Source: Chlamydiota bacterium
GTDB lineage: Bacteria; Auribacterota; JACPWU01
Direction of reading: 5' to 3'
Assembly (NCBI GenBank): GCA_016196885.1
Contig: JACPWU010000003.1
Location: forward strand, 21,633-85,632
DNA: 64,000 nucleotides
The notes beneath the pieces are model-generated. The model did no database searches. It was not told the DNA's origin and saw only the letters and a program-made list of their open reading frames with translations. This document shows positions 41,301-53,300 of this stretch, piece by piece. The position numbers were made by a program, and so were the translations under genes. How positions within the stretch are numbered: the first letter of the stretch is position 1; each line of letters begins with the position of its first letter.

Positions 41301-44300
41301 AGGATTGGATCTTGAGGGGAGTTTTTCGGCTTAAGGCTGAAAAGGCCGATGTTCAAACGGCGGTAGCCATTTTAGATCAGTTGTATCCTGGATTTCACAT
41401 TGATCCAGGTTATTTAGAAACTTTAGAAACACGGATGAAGGAAGGATATCGTGCCTCTGATATCCGTCATTATCTCGAACACCGTGAGCGTGCGAATGCC
41501 CTTCTTCTTGTGATGCACAATTTGGATGATGAACAAGTCAAACGTTCGCTCCTTCGTTTGGAAGGACGGTTCCCAGACAATTTTTCAGAACTTTTCCCTG
41601 AAGAACGAAAGAAATTCGATGATGCGGTTGATGGACCTCTAAAAACAGAAATAACTCAACTGGCTTATTTGGTAGAGGCTTATCGCAAGCTTCCTTATCG
41701 AGGGCCTCGCGTTCAGTTTAAAAAAACAGGGATTCTTTATCCAACTTATCACCCTGAAGTTCGTGTGTTGATGGCTCTCCCTGAAAATGAGTTGGAAGCA
41801 AAATTAGTTCAGGCTTTACAGGATTCTTTAGGAATTAGACTTACCCCCGAGCAGTTAGAACGGCTTAAGATGCGAGATATCAGTAACGGGGATAGTGGTG
41901 AAGTTGTAAATCGAATTCTCAATTTTGGAAATGATACAGCCGATGTCTTGCGCAAACTCTCTTACAGTAATTTTGGAGTAGATTGGCGGGTGAAACTGAT
42001 GCTCTCGAATTTGGAAGGACTCGATCGAGAAATGCCAGACACGGTTCGCGATGAATTAAACAGCGCTTTAGGAGAGGATGTTGTTCATCAGATTGAGACA
42101 GCTCTTCAGATGACGAGAACATCAGCAGATTCTCTCCATCAAAGCCATATTTCGATGTCTGAGCCTTTACGAACGGAATTAACGGGTCTTTTGGGTGCAC
42201 CGCTTCTTGACTCAATGAATGTTATTTTTGCCTCTGAGACTGTATCCTTAGGGGAGTTGGGTGAAGGTAAAGGGTTAGAGCCTCTAAAGCCTCTTTTGGG
42301 AGAGACCCTTGTCTCTTCAATTCAAGCAGTTTTATTGGATCATACAATCCCAGACCCTCAGAAGATCACAACTCTAAGAAATATTCTATCTCGAGATGAG
42401 CATGGAGCTACGATACTCCGTATGGTTTCTTTATTCCCTGGAGATTTAGCCATTCCAAATACTCTGGATAAGCTTCATGAAATTTTGCCTGATCTTGATA
42501 ACAATTCATTAACGATACTGGTTCATTTGAGAACCTTATTGGACCCTGACTATTTTAATCGGCTGAGAGTATTAGTTTTAGCTGATACAACGGCTTGTGA
42601 TGTGATTCGTTATCACCGAATGGATACAAAAGATCCTGCTTATGAATATTTCAGAGCCCTCAGAGTCATTGTAGATGACAAGTCTCGTGTCGATCTTTTA
42701 AAGGAGATTGTCCTCGATCAAAAGTTTTCTTCTCCACAAGAAGGTAAAAAAATAAGTCCTCCAAAACTTTCTGAACAGGCTAGACAATGGCTTTCTCTGA
42801 CCATGCTCCTCACAGAAGGGTCTTATCGGCCTGAACTTTATAATCTTATCCGAGAAAATCCTGCCACGGTCGTCTCACGCATGCGGGGGATGATTTTGGT
42901 GGATCAAGCCAGCGTTGACATCATGGCCAATGCTTATGTTCGCGAGGGACTTTCCTATCATGATGCCCGGCAATTGAGGGATGGATGTACGATTTTGAGC
43001 GAGGCCATTCTCTCCAAGCACAAGGACTTGAGAATAGGCTCAAAAGCGCCAGAACTAACTGAGATGGTGTACTACCTCTCAACGGTCCTTCAAGACTCGG
43101 TTTGGGGTCAACCGGTTGTTCCAACTCCGGTGGTGACTCCTTCTATGATAAGGGAAGTCGTGGAGGAATGGTTTGGCACAATCAAGGCTGATTTAAACCT
43201 TTCAGAGGCTGATTATAAGGCTTTAATAGATCAAGTGACAAAAAATGCCCTGACACCTGATGGCAAAAAAGTTCGGGTGGCTCCACATGAGATTAGACTG
43301 GTGGTTGAAAATGCCAGAGCCATCTGGACGGGCGCAAAATTTACGGGTGAAGAGTTTTTTCCCGACAAACCAAATCCTAAAGCTGAAAAGGCTTGGAAAT
43401 TACTACGCATTTATTGGGAGCAAGAAAACAAAGGGCGACCCCGCACATTCGGGGATGTTTTTATTCACGCCCTTCGAAGTGGGAAAACCAATTTATTAGA
43501 GTATTTACCTCAAGAGGATCTTGCGTCCCGTTCTCTTCCTCAAGAAGAGGAATTGGAACAATATCTTGAGCGCAATGCAGAAATTTTAAAGTCCGTTGGG
43601 TTTGGTGACCTGCATATATCAGATATTCGTGAGCATGAACTTAAGATGAACGATGCCATGGAGAAGGTCTGGACCTATCTTTTAAAGGATGATCTTGAGA
43701 AAAAATATGGGGATAAGATTGAGACACCGAAGGGATCAGATGAAAAGATACCCAAAATCCTTCTAGGAATGGGTGCAGTCGGATGGGGGGTGGGAATATT
43801 AGCTAACGTCAAAACATCTGTGAAATCAGGAAGGATTTCAAAAATTCTAAAAGGGTCTGCATGGTTGACAGGTATAGCGGGAAGGCTTCTTTTCAGAGTC
43901 GCTTGTCATTTTTTAATCGCCTTTGCTGCCGCCTATCTCTTTGATTTATCTTTTGAACGAGGCTACTTGGATTCGTTCTTAGAATCTCTCGGAGATTTTT
44001 TTGGTTTTATCCCTCCTAAGTTTGAGACAGGTTCACTACCCAGAATATTTTATGTCCTGAAATTTATGAGTCTCAATGTTTATAAAAATGGTCTACCACT
44101 CCTGGCTATTTTGGTTTCTTTCTTTTCTATTTATGCGGGAGGACTTGTGGCCCATGGCCTCTTTGACCGCAAAAACCAATTGAAAAATCGTACCCGAAAA
44201 ATCGTACATACTGCCATTGAAATTCTTCTTCCGGTCGGAGTCTTTTGGGGATTGGTCTTCACAGAGTCTTTTGGGCCCATAGGACCTGCCTTTGAGGCCC

Positions 44301-47300
44301 TGGGACATTTGGTGACATTGACCCTTATTTTTATTCTCACCCTCTATCATACGGGAGCGATTCGTAAGTTGATTCTCGAAACCCTTCCTCATTATCTCAA
44401 GGTTTATTTGAAGGCTTTGTTTTTAAAAGAAAACATGGATCGTGAAAAAGAGCATGCCCTTGCCCCCTTAAGAATGAATCTCTACATGATTCCACACCGT
44501 TTTGTCATGCTCATTTTCGCGATCTTTTACGGTGTTCTCATCACCATGCACGTATCCTCATCTCCCTGGTTGACAGCCCTCGTTACGGCGATGGTCTCAC
44601 TTCTTTTTTGGTCCAATGCCTATGTCTCTGTCACAGGTGTGGGGGATGTGATCATTGCGCCCCGTACATTGAATGAACATCCCTGGATTAAGAACCATGG
44701 CATTATGCCCATGAAATACCATAGTGCCCTCTTTGTTCCCTTTATAGCAAGTTCTAAGACGGATGCCCGAGATGTTCTTATGTTGGTTCATCGCTCGTTC
44801 CTTGAAAATGTAAAAATGTGTGAGGTAACCAAAGATGACCATGGCACTTACACCATTCAACATTTTGATGGAACAAAGGATCCAGATGTTCCGATCGAAT
44901 TCTTTAATCAGAAGTTGCGGGAAAGGATACAGGGTCTTAGTCGAGGGGGAGAGGACTTCATCAAAATTCCAGACCCACGAGATCAGCTCAAGGTGATTAT
45001 CAACAGTCAGGTGAAGGATAAAGAGGTGATGCAATTAGAGATAGAATTGATCAAGAAATTTCAGGAGGAATTGGGAGACGATCGTTTTATTTGGATACAT
45101 CGCAACATGGATGATCCTTTCTTGAGAAAGCCCGGAACGATGTATGATGCCCTTGCGGGGTTACTCTTAAAATATTTTCGCCCCGCGGTCTATACAGGTT
45201 CTGTCATAGATAAGAGAGAAAAAATCATCAGAACAGATAAAGAAAGTGGAAAAAAAGTAGAGCTTTTAAGGTATGACCCTTCTGACCGGTATGGGCTGAG
45301 GGAACGGAGGGTGTTCAAAGTGGAGGGAATGAAAATCAGCGACGACGCGGATTTCTCGTTTCACATGTATTTCTATGGGGATGATCCGGAAAATCCCCTT
45401 TTTGAAATTGAGGAAGGTGCACTTTATGAAATCCAATACCGTGAAGAAGGGGATAGAACAATCAGAGAACGTGTTCATCTTGCGCATGAACATGAATATG
45501 AAATCAGCGATTTAGATCTTAATCATGTTTCGATTATGAGTCGTGAAACAGGAAAGCCTTTCAAGGATTCAAGGGGAAGGGTTTTAACACCTCGTCCTCT
45601 ACGCTTTTCAATGGACAGCATACTTGAATATAAAGATTCCGAAGATCGTGCTGTCAAATTAAGCATTGACCCCGAAGGAAATACTCTTTGTCTGGAAGAT
45701 TATACGGATCCTAGAACCAATATTTTCTATCCCAGAGGAAGTATTTATTCCAGGGCAGGTACGCATGAGTTGGATTTCACTTATCATCTTTATAAAGTAG
45801 ATTGGAAAACGGACAAGGCTACACTTGTAAGAGATGAAGAGAATAAACCCCTCCGTGTGGACATTGTGAAAAGAACCTATACTGCAAATGAAAATCATGT
45901 GGACTTGCAGTTCTTGAATGATTTTAAAGATACAGAACCCGCTGTCTTTTTAAGGGTTGGAGATTTAACAACACCTAAAGGCGAACTTCCTAAATACAAA
46001 GGTCAAGAATTAACCTCTAAAAATTTTGAGTATAGTGGCGATGTTCTGGAAGAAGGGAAAATTATCACTACCAAAATCATTGGTTCTAAGCAGTTTCGAC
46101 TGAGAGCGGCAAGAGATCAAAATGGAAATTTGATTCCTGAAAATGAGGTAGAAATTTTATATTTTGATTTGGTTCCTGTGGATGGTGAAAACGCAAAGCC
46201 AGAAATTAGGGCGGTTCGAATCGCAACCCCAGAAGATTTGCTTCATAGAACAAGAAAAGGAGATTTAATTTCTGGAGGGAAGATTAACGAGGAGGTTGAG
46301 AAGAAGCAGGCTGTTTTAATCAAAGAAGACGGTTCTCTGGAATTTGGTGAAAATTTTCTCGGGAATGCTCTTAAAAAAGGTTTATGGAAAACCACGTATG
46401 GAAATGGGTTTTTCTTGAAGGATAGAAAGGGAAATTTGGTTCAGGATCCGAATCAAGAAGGGCGCCCCTTCATACAAGGACAGTTTTTCGGTGAGGGGGA
46501 TTGGAGAAGGCAAAATCCCTTGCTCCCTATATGGAAGGTAAATCCAGATTTGATTGGAGGCTTTCAAGAGAGTGGAGTTTTAACGGCTAAAGAAGCTCGC
46601 CAGATGTCAGAAAAAAATACGGTGCTTGGAGATGTTCACAGTCTTCACATGGGGAAACGAGGGGATGAAAAGCATTATTTAATTTCTCGACTAAAAGAGG
46701 GTGGAGCCCCTACCCCTGGAAGACAGGTCCGAGGTGGCTTTTTGGTGAATGAAGCAGATGACTATTTTGAAGTGACGCGAGAGAATTTAAGTGAGGCCAC
46801 GCGTAAAGGAAATGATACGGGGGGCGCTAGAAAAGGTGCTTTGGTCCACAAACGCATCGAGCTAAAAAATGGTCGATGGATTGAGGTTTGGAGTGTCGTG
46901 GCTGAGCAGGCTAGAGATTTTGATCTCTTAAAGCCAGTAGAAGATAAGGATACAATGATTCTTCGTGAGAAAGGTAAGCCTCCTATTCTTGGTAAGAAAG
47001 GCAAAGAAGGAAGTGGCCTTTTTTATCTTCATAACGCTCAAACAGGGCAAGTGGTTTTAGATCTTGCAGGCCATAAAGTCGAAGCGGATCATGCGGTAGA
47101 AATTTTTCATCAGCCTGATGGGGATAATGAGTTTCTGATTGGGACAGTCCATTATGTAGGATCCAGGCAGGCCCTAGAACGCGAATTTGACAATGACTAC
47201 AGCATTTTCCAAGAGGAATTGCCTTTTGACCTGGGCAGTTGGGGAAGGGCACATTACCCGACTACGCAAACGATTGCACAAAATAAACTATTTTATCCCC

Positions 47301-50300
47301 TGGCATTGATGTGGAGACTCGCAGGTAAAACTGCCTTTTTTGGAAAGGGATCTCACACGGGATCTACCTTCCTTCGCAGAATCATTCTGATGGAGGCGAC
47401 CAAAGCCATCCAGAGAAGTCACGATCATACAGAGGCCGGGGCGGGGGGTTCCGCTTTGATTGAAGCCGTAGAGGCAGGAAGGCCCAGGCGCGGGGTCGCG
47501 TGGGCTTACCGAATTGTCTTCTTAGGGATAGGTCTTTTAGCTTCTGCATTTGCCCCTTCTTATATTTCAAAACCGGTATGGATTATTTTTCTCCTCATGG
47601 TCAATCCCTGGTGGCTTAAAAATGAATTTAAACATAAAGGAAAGCAAATGGAGGAGGCCCATTCGAGCTATACTTTTTCAAAGGCCCGTTTACAAGAGTG
47701 GCGAGTCGGGGACAACAAGATTCAGCATATCAAAAATCTTTATTATCGGGCCTTTGTCTATTTTATCAGAAGCTATACCCAGCCTCGCAATTTCCCTAAG
47801 GCGATTAAAACCCTCTTTCAGGCCTTTAAGGAGACTCCCACGCTCATCGAAAAATTTATCACCTGGATGAATTTTATGGGCATTCAAAATGATCCAACCT
47901 TTGCGGGTTGGCTGGGTCTTTTATTTTTTACGGTTTTTAAGCCAGGCATGAGGGAATTGGCTTTCCCCTGGCTCTCAGACCTTCTCTTTATCAGCGCCAT
48001 GATGCTTCTCATCAGTGTGACCTATCAAATCCGTCCCGTTCTGCGTAGAATTTTTAGGGAGCCATCTCCTAATATGAGAGTTTGGCTCTTGCGTACGGGG
48101 CGCAATTTGCTTGCTTTTGTCATCCCAATTATTATTGCTGTTTTGGTGGGTGATTTCGTCTCCACAGAGTGGACAGGCTTAACCCAGGATCTTTTTGACG
48201 GCCTAAGCCACTTTTTCAGAATGAGTTATAGCTTAACAGTAGGTCAAGGAAATCGTTTCTTAAGCATTAATCCGTGGATTCATATATTTAACAGCGTTCC
48301 CTATGTGCTGACCATGGTTTTAGGCTGGGGCTTCACATCCGTAGGAAGAGACATTGTCCGTGAATTTTATCGCGGCATGTATTTGGTGTTCTGCAGTACA
48401 TTGGTCCTCATCCGTAATTTATGGAATGTGACAGAAGCAGGGATCGTGGCCCTCAAATCACATGTGAGATCTATTCCCGCAAAATGGACCACAGGGTCGG
48501 TGATCGAAGGATTTATGATGGATAATCTTATTAAAACAACCGACTTCTTCAAAAATGGTCTACCCCTTTTCTTGATTGGGTCAGGGCCTGTTGTCCTAAC
48601 TGTTTTAGGCATTATACAACCCACCTATTTGGGTACTTCTTATACCATTATTATCTTTTCATTGATGCTAGGCTGGCTGGCGGATAAATGGACTACCGAT
48701 TATGGCATGAAACGCTTCTATAGATTTCCTCAAATGGGCGTGGCGGAGGACCGCATTCAGGAACTCGTGTTTAGTTTGGAGGAATTCAATCTGAGATATA
48801 AGAACAGTGATAAAGATGAATACGCCTTCCGCCGTCGTATTCGTCAAATCGGAGGTCCCGTCCTTGTGTTTAGTAAGGACAAAGGTTATGAATTAGGAGA
48901 ACGAGATTTAGCGCGACTTTACTTATCTAAAAATTATTTTCTGGCAGAGCAAGAACTCCAAGAAATATTTCCCCTTTTATACATCCAAGACAATCTTCTC
49001 GATCAAAATATTAATAGAATTCTAAAAAGAATCAATAAGCGTAGAGAGGGACATGTTGAACTACTTCAGAAAGAAGTCTTGGAAGCCATTTTAAATATAT
49101 TGAGAGGCAAAGAGAATGAAATCAAGGAAACCGATTTACGTCCTTTTCTTGAATATTTAGGAGAGATCTATGATTTAAACCATCGTGATGTAGAGCGTCT
49201 GTACGCTTGGTGTGCGATGAATTTTGAAAAATTTAACAGGCGGATTGTCTCAACATTTTTTACGTGGCCTTATGAGCCTGAGCTAAGAAAATGGTTAAAA
49301 GATCGAAAAGAGAAAAAGTCTTGGCAAACCATCGAAGGCAAAACGCTTGACCAAAAATTGGAAATTTTTGCCGAGCGCTTTTTGTTTAAGCCGGGCGTCT
49401 TTGCGGGTCACACCCGATTCTGGCAATATCCCCTGGCCCAGGATGGACCCTGGTGGGCCTATTTATTGGTTTTTTCAGCCGTCTTTGTCCCTGCCTGGCT
49501 TTTCTTTTGTGCCTATCTTGGATTTTTCTCCTTCATCGTACCTCTTTCTTTTGCCCTCTTGGCGACCTTGGGCATGTTAGGATCTGGACAATACTTAGCA
49601 CTCAGCATAAAATCCTTGGCTCATCCTGAAGCCCGTAAACATCAGGTTTCCTTGCCCCGATATCTTCTTCAAACTATTTTTAAGAAATTGATGTTTTGGA
49701 AATCTGGATCTGAAAATGTGATGACCACCCTATTCTATTCAGTCCTTGCACTTCTAAAGATAGCAGCCATCGGCCTCCTTTTTAATTTTAGCCATGTGAG
49801 TGCAATCATTTTGTTTGTTGCAGGCACCATTGCCATCATGTCCTGGGCTATGAAGCGTTCTCACAAGATTCTCTTTGCCGTTTTTGGAACGGTCTTTACC
49901 TTTGGCCTTTTTGCGGAATTTCTTCTCATGGTTGAAATATCGGTGGGAGCAACCCTCTTTTTGTCAGCCCTTCCAACCCTTCCTTTGGTTTTTGCCGCAA
50001 TCGCCTTATATCTCCTCTATCATATTCTGAATTATTACTTAGCTCGAACGGACGAATTCTGGAAGAGCGCTGAAGATGAAAAAAGGATGGATGCTATTGT
50101 ACAGTCAGGGTTGGGACTCAGAGAAGAACTTGAGCCTGGATTTCAAGAAGGAAATAATTTTCGCACAACGAACCCAGACACTCAGCTCTTGATTGACCTT
50201 GGTATTTTGGAAGGGGTGACCTCGTGGAACCGTCAGGGCGGTGGGGGATCAGATTCTGAGCCTTCTGACGTTCCCCCAGCTCCCTGGGCGCCTCCTTTAG

Positions 50301-53300
50301 GCGAGGTCGAAGGTGGAAGGCCGAGGGTGGAAGGAAAATCACACGAGCGAGAAGTTGTTGACTCAGGTGTCCAGGCTCCAGCTTTGAGCCCAGTTCGTCC
50401 AATGACCTACGAGAAATCTGCTGGAATTAATGTCCCTCACATCATGACCCTGGATGAAATTCGAAAAGCCATTGCTCAGATTCCTCGGGATTCTTACCCG
50501 GGACTAGGGTTGGCAGCATATGCAGACGGTCTTTTTGTTTACTTGGAGGTACGTCCATCTGTACGGGGAGAGGGATGGGAGATTCCAGATGTGGTGGAGT
50601 TTTTTGTTGAGGATGAGAGGGTGTATTTTGCTACGAGTTGGAAGGGATCGGTATTGTATTTCTACTGTTCTAATCAAGTGGATGAGGGTGGAGATTTGTT
50701 GCCTGCTGCTCCTATTGAAAGAGACGCCTTTGAAGCGGCTCGGGCGAGGAGCCAAGGGCAAGCGCCTTCTATAGAAGAAGGCGGATCGCCAGCTCCAACC
50801 GCTTTACCTGCCTCATCGGGCCCGACGAATCAGGTCGCTACAGGGGAGGGTTCGGAATCAGTTTCTAGTGAATTAACTCCCCCGGCCCCTCCTAAGAACG
50901 GTGAGTCTATAAGCGCAGGAAACCTTTTGCCTGATCAAGGAACGGAAAATCCTTCACTTGATTTAAAAGCAGAAAACCCTCCCCTGGGTGTAAGGGGAGA
51001 TGGAGGGGTTAGTGCATTAGCATCTGAACTTGCCCATACATCTAGCGTAGCTCAGCCCTCAAGAGTTGAATATCTCTCCCCTGGATGTGATGTCTCTGCT
51101 TTGATTGCTTCAGATGAAGCTTATGTTTCAAGAGAAGGCTTTCGGCATGAAGACTTGGCCCTACCTTTAGAGGAAGCCATTAAGCATGCTCTGAAAAGCG
51201 TAGTAGGCGAGAGCAATTTTATTTTTGGGAAAGAGACCTATTTTATTTCTTATGGGGGTATAAATTTTGTTGTGAATGACGGATTAGGAAACTCGTTACA
51301 GGCGCGAAGATTTTATAGGGTTACGCGGATAAAGACGTTGGAAACAATTCATTTTCTGGATGTGGCGCCGCGATTGATCAGAGAACATCATTTGTATGGA
51401 GATCCTAAAACATCCTATCGTGTGGAGCCTGCTCAAATTATTGAAATGTTTTATCCTTCAGAATTTGATCTTGGGGGAGGGGGGGATGAGGGGGGTGATG
51501 GATCTCTTGAATCCAATGAGGATTTTGAAGGTGAGAGTTCTTTGGCTCCTTTAGAAGCAGAAGATTTGGTGATGGAGGCGTGGGGTCATTGGGGGGAGTT
51601 TGGTTCATTGAATAGATCCCCTGAAGGGACTGTACAGAGAATGGGGCGGATTCAACATGATATGACCTTTGCCCGTGGTTTTCTAGCCAGGGCAGAAGGG
51701 GCTTCGGATGTTTCGAAAAGCTTGGTTTTGTTAAATAATGCAGAAGTGCTCTTAAATTCGGCATGGGAATCTATATCGGAAGCTGATCAATTAGGCCTAG
51801 ATCTTGACCTGCAGTTAGGGGTGGATGTTCTTAATGAATTGCTGCGACTCGAAAAGATCAGAGAAAAGATTTCTGGGGGAGAAGCTTCTTCAAAACTCAA
51901 TGGGCATAAAACGGTAACTCCCCCAGCCCCTCTTACTCCAAGAGGGGGGAAAACTGTGGATCTAAGAGCGGGGAAAGCTGCAGATCTAAGAGGGGGGGGA
52001 ACTGCAGATCAGGGTTCTTTAAATTTTTCTCGTACTTTAAGTATGGATCCCACGATTTTGCTCGTCTTATCTCAAATTTTTTATGGATTTGTCTGGGTTA
52101 GTTTGGGGGTTCTCTTACTGGCAGGTTTAATCGGATGGTATGTGGGGTCTCATTCTCAAAACGAAAGTCCCAGTTTGAAAAAGATGGCAGGGATTGCGAT
52201 TTTAATCTTGGGGCTTTTTGGGATTGCGATTTCTGCTTCTTCTGACCTTTCAAATCAGCCTTTGGCTGCATTGCTGCCTCAGCAGACTTCTGATCTGCAA
52301 GTAATTGCAAGTAAAACAGAAACTCCCAGAGTTGACGGACCAGTGATAGAAGAGAAAAGAGATGAACTAAAGCTAGTTGAGATTGCTCCACCTCTTAAGT
52401 TTGTAGAGCAGCAAACTTATACATGTTATTTGATTGCTTCTCCAAGTGATGAAACAGAAGAGGGAGATGAAGATGATGAGGAGCTGGATGAGATGACCCC
52501 TGTAGAGGCAGTGGCAGATGATGGAAGTGAACCAGATTATTTTGATATTGATTATTATGCAAGAGGAGCATCATCTTACACAATTTCTTATCGTTCTCAC
52601 ATGTTCGGAGTTTTTCCGTATGAGATCTCGGGAAAAGGGGATGCCGAAGATGAAAATATAGAAGATCAAGAAAAGGTCATCCCCGACTTCATGACCCCCC
52701 CTCCCGAAATCATCGAAATGATTATTCAAACATTTGTGAGAGAAGCCAAGGGGAATGGCCTGGATGATGCAGCCTTCAAAGAAGAGGCTGAAAAATTGGC
52801 TCGGGCCTTGCTCAGACCTGATGTGACGCCTCAAGATATCGAAGCAGCTGCAGATGCGATGATCGCGTTTGTTGCTGAAGACGGGGTTGAAAGTTCAGCT
52901 CAAGGAGCCAGTCTCGATGAGAGTGCGTTACGAAAAATGAAAGAAGATATTTTGCCGATTCTTTTTTATATGGCAGATCTTCCTTATGCCGAGTCGCTCA
53001 TTTTTTCTGTGAGCGATGATGGGTTGTCTCCGGAGCTTTTACGCCGTATGAATGTTTCTAAGGAGATGCTCAGAAAAGAGGTGGTTGTTGATCTAGGGGG
53101 TTCTGTAACCATCGATCTTACCCCGATTTCTCCGAATCTTTTCTCGATCGTCTTAAAAGAAATTATGTCTGCTAATTCTGAATGGATGAAAACAGGAGTT
53201 CTTCCGATTCACATTGCAACTTCTAGTACATTGCCAGAAGGCCTTGAGCTTGTCGCCATTTTTGATCGCGATAGGAACAAAATCAAAGTTTTCCCGATGA